Positions 12,493 to 22,999 are shown, counted from the first letter of the stretch. The stretch: 28,788 nucleotides of DNA from Chiloscyllium plagiosum (GCF_004010195.1 NC_057759.1:2461199-2489986); one strand, 5' to 3'. The notes: generated from the letters alone by a model not told the origin. Made by a program: numbers and translations.

Positions 12493-13555
12493 TTAGAACA
12501 TTGAACATTCCAGCGCGGTACAGGCTCTTCGGCCCTTGATGTTGCACCAATCTGTGGAAACGATCTGAAGCCAATCGAACTTACACTGTTCCATTTTCAT
12601 CTATATGTCTATCCAATGACTACTTAAATGCCCTTAAAGTTATCGAGTCTCCTACCGTTGCAGACAGGTCGTTCTGTGCCTCTACTGCTCTCTGAGTAAA
12701 GAAACTTCTTCTGATATCTGTTCTATATCTATCATCCCTCAATTTAAAGTTGGAAAAAGGCTCTCACTGTCCACCCTATCTAACCCACTGATTATCTTAT
12801 ATGTTTGAATTAAGTCACTGCTCAACCTTCTTCTCTTTAATAAAATAGCCTCACATCCCTCAGCTTTTCCTCTTAAGACCTTCCCTCCATACCAGGCAAC
12901 ACACTAGTAAATCTCCTTTGAACCTTTTCCAAATCTTCCACATTCTTCCTGTAATATGATAACCAGAATTGTATGCAATGCTCAAAGTGCGTCCCCACCT
13001 GAGTTTTGTACAGCTGCAGCATAACCTCATGGCTCTGAAACTCAATCCCTCTACAAACACACCATACACCTTCTTAACAACCTTATCAACCATGGTGAAA
13101 ACTTTCATGGATCAATGTATATGGGCACTGAGATCTCTCTGCCAATCTACACTTCCAAGAGTCTTATCATTAGTCCAAAACTCTTCACTCATGTTGCTCC
13201 TTACAAAATAAATCACCTTACACTTTACCCCATTAAACTCCATTTGCCGATTCTCAGCCAGCTCTGCAGCGTATCTATGTCCTTCTATAACTCAAAACAT
13301 CCTTCTTCACTATCCACAACTCTACCGACGTTATTAACCGATTCTTCTATGCCCTCATCCAGGTCATTTACAAAAATGGCAAAAATCAGTGACCGCAAAA
13401 CAGATCCTTGCAGTATAGAAAATGCGACTGAACTCCAGGATGAACATTTCCCCTCAACCATCACCTCTGTCTTCTTTCAGCTAGCCAATGTCTGAACCCA
13501 ACCGTGTAATCGCCCTCAATCCCATGTCTCCATATTTCGGGCAATAGCCCACATA
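12493..13555 (-). mobile_element. CR1 LINE 3' fragment nested in the Penelope-like element
   Basis: Antisense of the same CR1 family as 1-525 and 10400-11910 (aagaccttccctccataccaggcaac). Confidence 0.85.
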
Positions 13556-13943
13556 GTTAACGTCATTTCTTCCTCTTTGTCTCAGAGAATGTCTCAGAGA
13601 TGTGTTTCTTGATAGTCATCCAGCTGGATTGCCATGGGTTTAGGAAGTCTCGTGCGTGCCTCTGTTTGGCTTGTCCGTGGATCGATGTTTGTCCTAGTCA
13701 AAGTGGTGGTTTTCTTCGTCTGTGTGTAAGGATACTTAGTGAGAGTGGACCATGTCTTTTGATGGCTAGTTGAAGTTCGTGTATCCTTTTGGCTAGATTT
13801 CTGCCTGTTTGTCTGATATAGTGTTTGTTTCAGTCCTTCTAAGTCGGTAACTCTATCAATAAACACGTCGAGTTGGACCCCATCTACCATCTTCAGAGAA
13901 AAAGAACCGGACATGACATCACGCACCCAAAGAAACCTTGAAG

Positions 13944-13985
13944 CTCACTGAAGATGTTATCTAGTATAGTGCTGAAATGTCTGAA
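13944..13985 (+). ncRNA. Degenerate minimal hammerhead motif (family 2; second copy on - at 12382-12424)
   Basis: UCA-CUGAAGA-UGUUAUC(UAGUAU)AGUGCU-GAAA-UG-UC-UGA. Confidence 0.55.
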
Positions 13986-14199
13986 AGCAAACGTTGCAGA
14001 TCAGCGAGCAAACTTGCATCCAGAACCTCAGCCTGAACTACAAATCTTTTCAAAAATCACTAAAATTATGAGAGGCATGAACAGGCTGAATAGTCAGTCT
14101 TTCGCCAAGGTTGGAAATGTCAAATATTCGGATAGGGACCACAGGTTTTGGGTGACAGGAGGACTGTGTAAGGGAGATGTGCGAGGAAAGGTTACCTCA

Positions 14200-15155
14200 G
14201 AGTACAAAAAAAATTGATCAGACCACCCAATGGACCGAGGAGTGGCGGAAGGATTTTAATTTAGATAAATATGAGGTGATGTATTTTGGAAACGCAAATG
14301 AGAGCAGGACATATACACTTAATGGTAAGGTCTTGAACAAAGTAACCTTGTACTGCAGGTTCATAGCTTCTTGAAAGCGGAGTCTCAGACTGATAGGATG
14401 ATGAAGAAAGCGTTTGGTATATTATCCTTTATCGATCGGAGAGTTTAGATTACGAGTTGGAAGGTCATGTTGCGGTTGTGCAGGACATGAGGAGGGCTTT
14501 TGCCGAAACGTCGATTTTCCTACTCCTCGGATGCTGCATGGTCTGCTGTGCTTTTCCAGAACCACTCTAATCTAGACTCTGATTTCCAGCATCTGCAGTC
14601 CTCACTTTTGCCCAGGACATTAGTTAGTCCACTTTCGGAATACACTGTCTAATTCTGGCCTCCCTGCTATAGGAAGGAAATTGTGAAACTTGTAAAGGTT
14701 TGGAAAAGATTTCCAAGAATATTACCGGGATTAGAGGGTTTGCGCAAGAAGAAGAGGCAGGGGCTGTTTTCTCAGCAGCATGGGAGGCTGAGAGATGACT
14801 CTATACTGGTTCATAAAATCATCAAAGACATGGATAGATTAAATAGGCAATGTTTGTCCTATAACTAGAGCACATAGGTTTAAAGGTCAGAGGAGAAAAA
14901 AAGTTAAAATGGACCTAAGGGGCAACTGTTTCACACAAAGGGTGGTGCATCTCTGGAGTGAGCTGCCAGAGGGAATGGTGGAGGCTGTTAAGATTACAAC
15001 ATTAGAAAGGCATCTGGTCAGGTTTATGAATTGGTACAGTTTAGAGGGATATGGGCCATGGGCTGGCAAATAGGACTGCATTAATTTAGGATATCTGATC
15101 GGCATGTTGAGTTGGACTGAAGGGTCTGTCTCCGTGCTGTGCATATCTATGACCC
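14200..15155 (+). mobile_element. CR1 LINE 3' fragment (interrupted at 14489-14612)
   Basis: 'QWTEEWRKDFNLDKYEVMYFG', 'KVWKRFPRILPGLEG', 3' UTR. Confidence 0.85.
14489..14612 (+). mobile_element. Solo 5'-truncated Penelope terminal repeat with 8-bp TSD
   Basis: Homologous to ~17020-17138; flanked by CAGGACAT at 14481-14488 and 14613-14620. Confidence 0.85.
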
Positions 15156-15637
15156 GATTACCCTACACAGAATGATGCCTGGCACATACTGACTAAGCAC
15201 GTGATAGAAACAACTACGAGAACAATGCTTAAATTGGATACAGACCACATGCAGTCAGATGGAATTCGTATAGAGTGACATAACAGTCGTATGCAAACAT
15301 GGTGTGTTGAAGGGCCTGTCCCGGTGCCGTTCTGTTCTATGTCCAAACAATTCAGAGAATCCGCTCGTTTTCTGGACTCAAATCACACCATACCAGATGA
15401 TAGAATCTGTATTGAATTCTAATGGGGATCTAAGTGACTCCTGTCTCACAACCCTTAACTACCCTCTGCGCAATTAGAGATGAGTGATAAATGCTGGATT
15501 ACCCAGTGACACTCACATCCAATGAACAAACAGAAACAAATGCATATGCATTTTTATGTGACTGTGATGATTTTCATAGTTGAGTTTGCAATTAATTTCA
15601 CCAAACACAAGGATTTAGCATTTGTCTATGTTTATAG

Positions 15638-15903
15638 GGATTTCAGTGTCAAATCCAGAACTAATAATTCAACCCAGACAGAAGCTAATTGAAGGATTTG
15701 CAGGATCATTAATCTGTTCAGTCTCCAAGGGTTGTCTGCCGATATACTACCAATTTTACAAGGGGTCAAGCGTGGAGCTGTACTGGGAGTTTTTTGCAAA
15801 ATTGGAGCTATCAGCAGAAGGGACGAAGGACTTTGCAATTGCTCAGAGAGAAATGAGGTGACAGGCCCTCAGCACAGTGAAGATATAGAGATCACAGTAA
15901 TAG
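15638..15903 (+). pseudogene. Ig-domain exon 6, frameshifted (ISVSNPELIIQP...SLICSVSKGCLPIYYQFYK.../RDEGLCNCSERNEVTGPQHSEDIEITVI)
   Basis: tttatAG acceptor ending 15637, donor GTAAGT at 15904; 266 bp (not a multiple of 3); N-half in ORF 15622 frame, C-half in ORF 15732 frame, switch near T6 run 15790-15795. Confidence 0.85.
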
Positions 15904-16019
15904 GTAAGTTCACAAGGGCTCTCTCCCAAACAGTAACTGAACCATTAGCCCAGAGACTACTGCTGTTCGGATCAACTCTAAGTGGGTACTTTGTCCTTGA
16001 CCAGTTTTGACTAAAGCAG

Positions 16020-16050
<31 letters not shown>
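16020..16050. repeat. (CA)n(GA)n compound microsatellite
   Basis: cacacacagagagag... run. Confidence 0.9.
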
Positions 16051-16065
16051 GGATGGGGTGTTGTA

Positions 16066-16175
16066 AGAGAGGACGGCAGATGCTAGGGTTCAGCATCAAA
16101 AAATGTGGTGCTGGAAAAGCACAGCCTGACAAGTGGCATCTGAGGAGCAGCAGCATCGACGTTTTGGGCATATGG
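16066..16175 (-). mobile_element. Penelope terminal-repeat fragment (antisense)
   Basis: Reverse complement gcccaaaacgtcgatg...gctgtgcttttccagcac matches 17030-17090. Confidence 0.8.
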
Positions 16176-16283
16176 TCTTCAAGGACAAAGTACCAGCTTT
16201 GAGTTGATCCGAACAGCAGTAGTCCCTGGGCTAATGGTTCAGTTATTCTTTGAGAGAAAGCCCTTGTGAACTTACCTATTACT

Positions 16284-17138
16284 CCCCACCCCTTTCCGCC
16301 TTCCGCAAAGACCGTTCCATCCGTGACTACCTCGTCAGGTCCACGACCCCCTACAACCCACCCTCCCATCCTGGCACCTTCCCCTGCCAGCGCAGGAATT
16401 GCAAAACCTGCGCCAACACCTCCTCCCTCCCCTCCATCCAAGGCCTAAAGGAGCCTTTCACTTCCATCGAAGTTTTATCTGCACATTGACCAATATCATT
16501 TATTGTATCCGTTGCTCCCGATGCAGTCTCCTCTACATTGGGGAGACCGGACACCTCCTAGCAGAGCGCTATAGGGAACATCTCTGGGACACCCGCAGCA
16601 ACCAACCACACCGCTCTGTGTCCCAACATTTCAACTCCCTCTCCCACTCTGCCGAGGACATGGAGGTCCTGGGCCTGGTTCACAGCCGCTCCCTCACCAC
16701 CAGACGCCTGGAGGAAGAACGCCTCATCTTCCTCCTCAGAACACTTCAACCCCAGGGCATCAATGTGGACTTCAACAGTTTCTTCATTTCCCCTTCCCCC
16801 ACTTCACCCCACTTCTAAACTTCAAGCTCAGCACTGTCCCCATGACTTGTCCTGGCTGCCTATCTTCTTTTCCACCTATCCACTCCACCTTCCTGCCTGA
16901 CCTATCACCTTCATCCCCTCCCCCAATCACCTATTGTATTCTATGCTACATTCTCCCCACCCCCACCATCCTCTCATTTATCTCTCCACCCTTCAGGCAC
17001 TCTATCTGTATTCCTGATGAAGGGCTTTTGCCCGAAACGTCGATTTTACTGCTCCTCGGATGCTGTCTGAACTGCTGTGCTTTTCCAGCACCTGTAATCC
17101 AGAATCTGGTTTCCAGCATTTGCGGTCATTGTTTTTGC
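16284..17138 (+). mobile_element. Penelope-like element 3' part (Cys-rich linker + GIY-YIG endonuclease + terminal repeat), Neptune-like
   Basis: 'PGTFPCQRRNCKTC' then, after a frameshift, 'NIIYCIRCSRCSLLYIGETG..ERYREH..V..HF..RRLEEERLIF.L.TLQPQGIN'; pyrimidine-rich 3' region; hammerhead motif at 17014-17041. Confidence 0.9.
17011..17045 (+). ncRNA. Minimal type I hammerhead ribozyme motif (family 1)
   Basis: CUGAUGA-A-GGGC(UUUU)GCCC-GAAA-CG-UC. Confidence 0.7.
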
Positions 17139-17341
17139 CCTGTTTAGTCCTGGCATCATCCTTGTAAATTTCTTCAGCATTCTTTCCAGTTTAATAACAT
17201 CCCTCCTTGAAAATTAGTTTTTGAACACATCACATCGCCTAACTCTATTTTAAATTCATTGCATCAAACTGGTTCCCACTGATCATCTGAATCAATGGGT
17301 GAACTCAATGCATTTTGACCTTGGTGTGTTTACGTCATCTT

Positions 17342-17654
17342 GGGCGGCACGGTGGCACAGTGATTAGCACTGCTGCCTCACAGTGCCGGAGACCCGGGTT
17401 CAATTTCCGCCTCAGGCGACTGACTGTGTGGAGTTTGCACGATCTCCCCGTGTCTGCGTGGGTTTCCTCCGGGTGCTCCGGTTTCCTCCCACAGTCCAAA
17501 GATGTGCAGGTCAGGTGAATTGGCCATGCTAAATTGCCCGTAGTGTTTGGTAAGGGGTATGGGTGAGTTGCACTTCGGCGGGTTGGTGTGGACTTGTTGG
17601 GCTGAAGGGCCTGTTTCCACACTGTAATCTAATCTAATCTAAAAAATCTAATCT
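17342..17654 (+). mobile_element. tRNA-derived SINE, near full length, (AATCT)n tail
   Basis: gggcggcacggtggcacagtg A box, ggttcaatttcc B box, conserved core, taatctaatctaatct tail. Confidence 0.9.
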
Positions 17655-18004
17655 CACCTGAACAGGGGAGCTGGGCGGAAGAATGCGATGGGTCGGGAAC
17701 TGGAGTAAGCTATGTTCCTGAATGTAGGGAGGCAGAATACTCACAAAGTTAGACCATTGGATGGGGTAGCTGTGACCTCCTCCCTCCAGCCACTCTCTGC
17801 CAGAGCACCTCAAAGATAAGAAGAGACATAAAACGATGGGAATAGGACACATGAGGAGGACCTTCAGCCCCTCAGGATGGTACTCTGTTATTTAGTACCA
17901 TACATTTGGATCAACTTTATTTTCCGACCCCATTCTCTTTAAACTGTGACTCGTTAAAAATATCTATCTCCTTAGATTTATTCAAATTCACTGGGGAGAC
18001 TGAT

Positions 18005-18421
18005 CTAACCCTAACCACGAATGAACCCTAGCAGTAACCCTAATCCTAAACTCAAACCTAACCCAACCTTAACCATTACCCTAACATTAACCCTAAACCT
18101 GAACTCAAACCAACCCTGAACGCAAACTCAACCATTAAACCTAAACTTAACTCAAACCCAACCCTCTCCCTTACTCTAATTTTGCACCTAATCCAGAAGC
18201 TAGCATTGATCTTAACCCTAACTGTCGCCCTAGCTCTATCCCTAATCCTAACCCCGATTCTAAACCTAAACATAAACTTAATGCTAACAGTAACTCTAAT
18301 CTGAAACCTAACTCTTCACATAACTCTAACCGTGGTCCTCACTCAAACACTAACGCTAACCCTAGCTCTCACCCTCAGCATAATGAAGGCCTTCTCACTA
18401 ACTAAGCCTCACTCTAACCCT
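18005..18421. repeat. Degenerate (CCCTAA)n telomere-like hexamer array
   Basis: 6-bp periodicity ctaaccctaacc/ctaaac/ctaatc over ~420 bp. Confidence 0.85.
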
Positions 18422-18582
18422 ATTGCACCTGTTTAATGTGCATTAAGTGGGTTTGACAATTATCATCTATCGATGTGTTTGTTCCCTGTTTATGGCTGAG
18501 ATAAGGTCTTGGCAGCTCCTGACTGTTACAGTGCAGAACTACTCTCCAATATGCTGAGCATATTTTCTCTCTATGCCTGCAG

Positions 18583-18613
18583 TCAATCCCTCAACTCTGT
18601 CACAGACCAGGAG
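18583..18613 (+). CDS. Cytoplasmic mini-exon A (xNPSTLSQTR)
   Basis: Pyrimidine tract + tgcAG, strong donor GAG|GTAAGT; 31 bp, phase 1 to 2, matching the phase needed by the next exon. Confidence 0.7.
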
Positions 18614-19133
18614 GTAAGTGACTGAACCTGCAGTTTTTAGATTTGCCGTTGTTTCCCCGATTCCTCTTAATCACAGATACGACCAAAGTGAAGAGGTCAT
18701 TGAAGAAGCTTGGATATGACTGCATCCTTTTAACACAAAGCAGGAAACCACACACGAAGCAAGTCCCAGATGGCTTTTATTCACCCACAGGGATGTGGAC
18801 CAGTCCTTATTGTCCATCCTTAATTGCTACAGAGGACAGTTATAGTTTACCAGTGTCTGGAGTCTCATGTGGGCCTAGACCGGGTAAATACGACATATTT
18901 CCTTCCCCAAAGGACATTACTGAAGACAAAATGAAGAACTGGGCAGCTCCTTGAGGATGAGAATTCTTTATGTTCGGATGGAAACCAGGGATGTCGGACC
19001 AGGGAATACCAGGTTTCGCTAGGTTCAGTATTTCCTGTGATAGCATTGCCGTCTTGTTGAAGTTGAACATGGTGTTGAAAGCATTGTGTTCGAAATGACG
19101 AAGTCTTTTCCCTCTCTTTTCAACTGGAACTAG

Positions 19134-19207
19134 ATCCCAACCTTCTGGTGAAAGGACAGCAGCCAACAATCTGGAGTATGCAGTAGTTGGAGCAGCACAC
19201 ACTGTTG
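19134..19207 (+). CDS. Cytoplasmic exon B with ITIM LEYAVV (SQPSGERTAANNLEYAVVGAAHTV)
   Basis: Pyrimidine tract + ctAG, donor G|GTGAGT at 19208; 74 bp, phase 2 to 1; ITIM consensus at 19171-19188. Confidence 0.8.
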
Positions 19208-19354
19208 GTGAGTGCCAATCAATCGATGTGATTAATGAGCTCTACACAGTGACAGAGAAACATAACCTGGTAGAATTTCTAGATAATCATCCGAGCCATC
19301 AGATGGGCTCAAGTGGACGATTTGCTTCGTGCTGCGGAGGCTGAGGGAGAATGC

Positions 19355-20300
19355 AGAATCTAGACAACAGGAGTAGACTATTCAGCCATTTCAGTCTGCC
19401 CCACCATTCGTTATGATCATGGCTTACCATCCAACTCAATCTCCAGTTCCCGTACAAACTAGGCATTGGCCATTTGGCCATTTTAGCCTGCTCCGCCCGT
19501 TTGATAGGATCACGGCTGAACATGAAACTCAGTCCTTGATTCCCCGCTTTCTCCGCCGTACTATTCAACCCCAATCACCCCAAACGATGCCAACTGCTTC
19601 TTGCTTGAGATGAACAAAATGATGACTATCTTACAAAAGGTAAACTGGAAGAAAAGTTTCCTTTCGATAGAGGGATCAACGGATGCCATAAAAAGAAAAA
19701 GAAACAAAAAAAAATACAGGACAGGAACAAAACCCTTGGCCCTCCAAGCCTGTGCCGATCATCATGCCCTTACCAACCTAAAAAAAAAACTCTCCCGCCC
19801 TTATTTGGTTGGTATACCACAATTTCCTCCCTGTTCATGTGACCACCCAGGTGCCTGTTAAATGTCACCAACGTGCCTGCTTCCATCACCACTTCTAGCG
19901 ATGCTTTTCAGGCTCCTGCCACTCACTGCATGAAAAGATTCCCTTGCACATCTCCCTTAAACTTTCCCTCCTTCTCACCTTGAACCTGTGCCCCCTTGCA
20001 AATTGAAACATCAACTCTGGGAAAAACCTTCTGCCTCTCATAAGTTTGTCGACCTCTATCAGGTCTCGTCTCAGCTACCAGTGAAAAAATTCTCGTCGTT
20101 TTAACCTTTCCTTGTGGCCAATGTCCACGAGAGCTGGCAAAATCCGAGTGAACCTTCGCTGCACTCAGCCTCATCCTTCCACGTCCTCTGTTAGTGTGGC
20201 GGCAAATGTGGCCTAACAAGATAATTTGCCAACACTCATACTCCATGCCTGGCCGATGAAGACGAGCATGTCATTTGCTTTCTTTATTACCTTGGCCACC
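19355..20300 (-). mobile_element. Cluster of antisense CR1 3' fragments
   Basis: caggagtag.c.attcagcc, acaggaacaaaacccttggccc, 'GKFKGDVQGNLF' on the - strand. Confidence 0.7.
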
Positions 20301-21169
20301 ATATATTGAAGTAAGGAGCAGGACCTTCAGAGGAGGATCCGAGGAAAAACCAGGTGGTGGTGGTAACTCTGTGCCTGTAAGAGTGGCATAAATCCCCAGT
20401 GAAGAAAAATTTAAATATGCACTTGCCATGATAAGGCTTTGGGTCACGTGCAGGGGAGATGGGATCAGAATATAGTGAGGTGGTTGCTTTTGACTGGCAC
20501 AGATTTGATGTGTTTTTTTTTGCTGTAGACATCTATCTTCAACAAATCTCTTTTCTAAATGGCTATGGCTGTTAATATTCTGTGATTGGACCTCCACTAG
20601 GGTGTTTGGCCTGACTCAGTAATGCTTATTTAATCTCGAGTAACACAGGAAACTCAACAGGGTGCAGTTCTCTGGTGTTGAGAAATCCAACAGACATTAG
20701 TTACAACGAGCGATTATGTGCTTAGATCCGATTCCTCAGACAGACGAACGCCTCGAGCAAACAAAAATGAACTGGATCACGTTTCCAGTATAGTTGTCTT
20801 TCGAGAGGACTTGGCTAACTTGATGATCCCTAATGAAATGTCTCTACATGCATGTTTGTCTATATATCTATCAAAATAAGGTTATAGAACCATAAGCTAT
20901 ATGAGCAGAATTAGGCCATTCAGCCTATCAATACAGCTCACCCCTCGACCATGGCTGATATGTTCCTCAACCTCACTCCTGCCTTCTTCCCATTAACCTT
21001 CATCCCCCTTACTAATCACGCTCTATTGATCTCGGTCTATAAGTTATTTGTCTATGTTTCTCTCTCATCATCTCTCTATCTAATTCATTTATTCTATGGA
21101 TCATTAGCCCATTATAATAAAACTTTCGGATTCATGCGTATTTTTTGTGTGCATTTATTTTCTTTGTAG

Positions 21170-21261
21170 AAAACCACTGTGGCTCTGGTTATTCAGAGGT
21201 CACCATCAAGAAGAGAACAAAGACCAATAAAGATCTCATTTCTTCAATAATACGATTGTGA
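21170..21261 (+). CDS. Cytoplasmic exon C with SGYSEV motif (ENHCGSGYSEVTIKKRTKTNK..., reads through to TGA 21259-21261)
   Basis: Strong acceptor ttttctttgtAG ending 21169; phase-1 translation gives S-x-Y-x-x-V followed by basic residues; 3' boundary uncertain. Confidence 0.7.
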
Positions 21262-21749
21262 GAAAGGGGATGAGGAAGGTTGGGGTTGGGATCATTGAAG
21301 CTCCAGCAATAACACGATTCCAGTTGCTGAGCAAATGTCTGTGTTTGTGACCAGTTCTGAACATGGACGTGCCAAAGTACTTTGAGAGACAGACTGTGAG
21401 GGAATGCAGCGTGTGCAAAACTAAAAAAATCACCAGCGTCAACGGAGTGGACAGTAAGCCAGCCAATCAGAAACAAGCATCAATCTGATCTGTTCTGTTC
21501 CTTTATTCTCCTAAATATAAGGTAAAGGTAAACAATTTGGAGATGATTTATATGTTGTCAGTGATCCGTAACAATCTCGCAGTGCGATTAGAGTGAGATA
21601 TATCTATTTGTGTTGGGTGGGTGGGTTATGATGGTGGTTGCTTTGCAATTACTTTTTTGCACATGTATATAAATTCTCTGTGTGAGAATGGCAGAGGGAC
21701 ATGCACTTTATTCTTAGCTGAGGCAGATAGAGATCATTTCCACATAAAT

Positions 21750-21935
21750 TTAAGAACTGTAGATGCTGCAGATCTGAAACAAATTCGGACATTTCTGGAG
21801 AAACTCAACAGGTCTGGCAGCGTCTGTGGAGATAAAGGGATAGAGACTGAGCTACCTTTGCAGAACATAAATGCAGAAAGTGTTGGAGAAACTCAGCAGA
21901 TATGGCACCATCTGTGGAGAGAGAGAAAACAAGTC
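21750..21935 (-). mobile_element. Two tandem Penelope-type terminal fragments (antisense)
   Basis: gatgctg...ctggagaaactcaacaggtctggcagcgtctgtggaga and ttggagaaactcagcagatatggcaccatctgtggaga, related to 16075-16145. Confidence 0.55.
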
Positions 21936-22846
21936 ATCCTTTTGTTATATAATGCTCAAGGCCGATTTGCCTAATACTGCCACTCAACGATTTGAGATAA
22001 CTCAGAAAATTAAAGCATCGCTAAGCGTATTGTTGCTCAGAAAGTTGAGCTTACAATTATCATGCAGATGCTTGTAAACACACATAAGGGGCATTTGAAC
22101 CGAAATTGGCCTTATCTACAATGAAATCTGTCTCTCAGAACACATTCTAGTCACCGTTTCAGGGGATGAGCAGTAAAAGTCTTGTTCATCCAGACCATTA
22201 TCCTGTTCTCTCCTTGGACAACGAGAGAGAGTGGTGGGAGTAAGCTGAGAGGTGGTTTAATTTGAGTGTCATTATGCCTCATGAGAGGGGATAGATTCAG
22301 AAGGAGAGCCCTTCAGAGTATTTTTCACCTGGTGTGGGAATTGTACTCATGTTGACAAAAGTTGGCGTATAATGCATTGCAAAAACGAACCATGCAGCCA
22401 GCTGAACCACACGGAACTAGCAGCTTACAGCAGTTAAAACTCAAATGTATTTAACGTGAATAATTCAATCATGTCTTTTATGTTCAACAACTGGGCAAGT
22501 GACGCAAAGGCTGAGGACATTAAGATGGCCTGTAGAAGATGATACACTAAACAGCATTGTAAAAGCTGATACACCTTCTTAATGATCAGAAAACCAATTG
22601 CAGGATTTAAAGGGAGCCAAGTTTTCTAAGTGCGATACTCTAAAGTGTCTGAATTGATTGAGAGGGACACACTTTTGAAAATGTTGCATTTATTTTTGTT
22701 TTTTTTTTCACAAGATGACAAAAACACAGCTACGCTTTTGCAAAATGCAGCTCCGTCTTCAGTGTTGATCAGCCACCAATGTGTCCTGATCCAATTGTTA
22801 ATACCTGCAAAGAGATTTTTCTCATCTTAGTCTGTTTTATTTTCAG

Positions 22847-22880
22847 GCAACAGCATTGCTTTCTCCACAATGTGAAAAAG
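22847..22880 (+). CDS. Candidate cytoplasmic mini-exon D (ATALLSPQCEK if entered in phase 0)
   Basis: ttttattttcAG acceptor and AAG|GTATGT donor; 34 bp; phase 0 to 1 would join the terminal exon; upstream partner unresolved. Confidence 0.55.
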
Positions 22881-22999
22881 GTATGTCACATTTTATGTCT
22901 ATATAGACAACATCTATTACCACAGAAAGTGTAGGTAGATTAATACCTTGTATCCACAGTGTAAGTGGTCAACTGTTGGTTATTTTCAGATTAATTGAA

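Larger units (their letters stand above)
12348..14060. mobile_element. Penelope-like element with inverted structure (GIY-YIG fragment on -, terminal repeat copies on both strands)
   Basis: Minus-strand decayed 'HYIRQTGRNLAKRIHE..AIKRH..GQAKQRHAR' at ~13600-13840; homologous termini at 12350-12430 (-) and 13940-14060 (+); 12-bp TSD. Confidence 0.8.
11915..14195 (+). mobile_element. CR1 fragment split by a Penelope insertion (11915-12347 and 14061-14195)
   Basis: 'ERLQNRFIWMLPRLE..SYEE' continues as 'KIMRGMNRLNS' after the duplicated TAAAATTATGAG. Confidence 0.75.

Noticed and set aside
15869..16441. 190-aa minus-strand ORF with an internal repeat
   Set aside because: Antisense of Penelope, microsatellite and the inverted duplication; no coding signature
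16842..17147. ORF with hydrophobic ILLLLGCCL as the missing TM exon
   Set aside because: It is Penelope terminal-repeat sequence also present at 14489 and 16070, and the hydrophobic run is too short
17342..17420. tRNA gene
   Set aside because: The A/B boxes belong to a SINE head repeated four times with a shared body and tail
18005..18421. CRISPR array or other prokaryotic system
   Set aside because: Simple hexamer periodicity without repeat-spacer structure; the window is intron-rich vertebrate DNA
18643..18954. Extra exon or ORF between cytoplasmic exons A and B
   Set aside because: Exons A and B already join in phase; the sequence is neither hydrophobic nor motif-bearing
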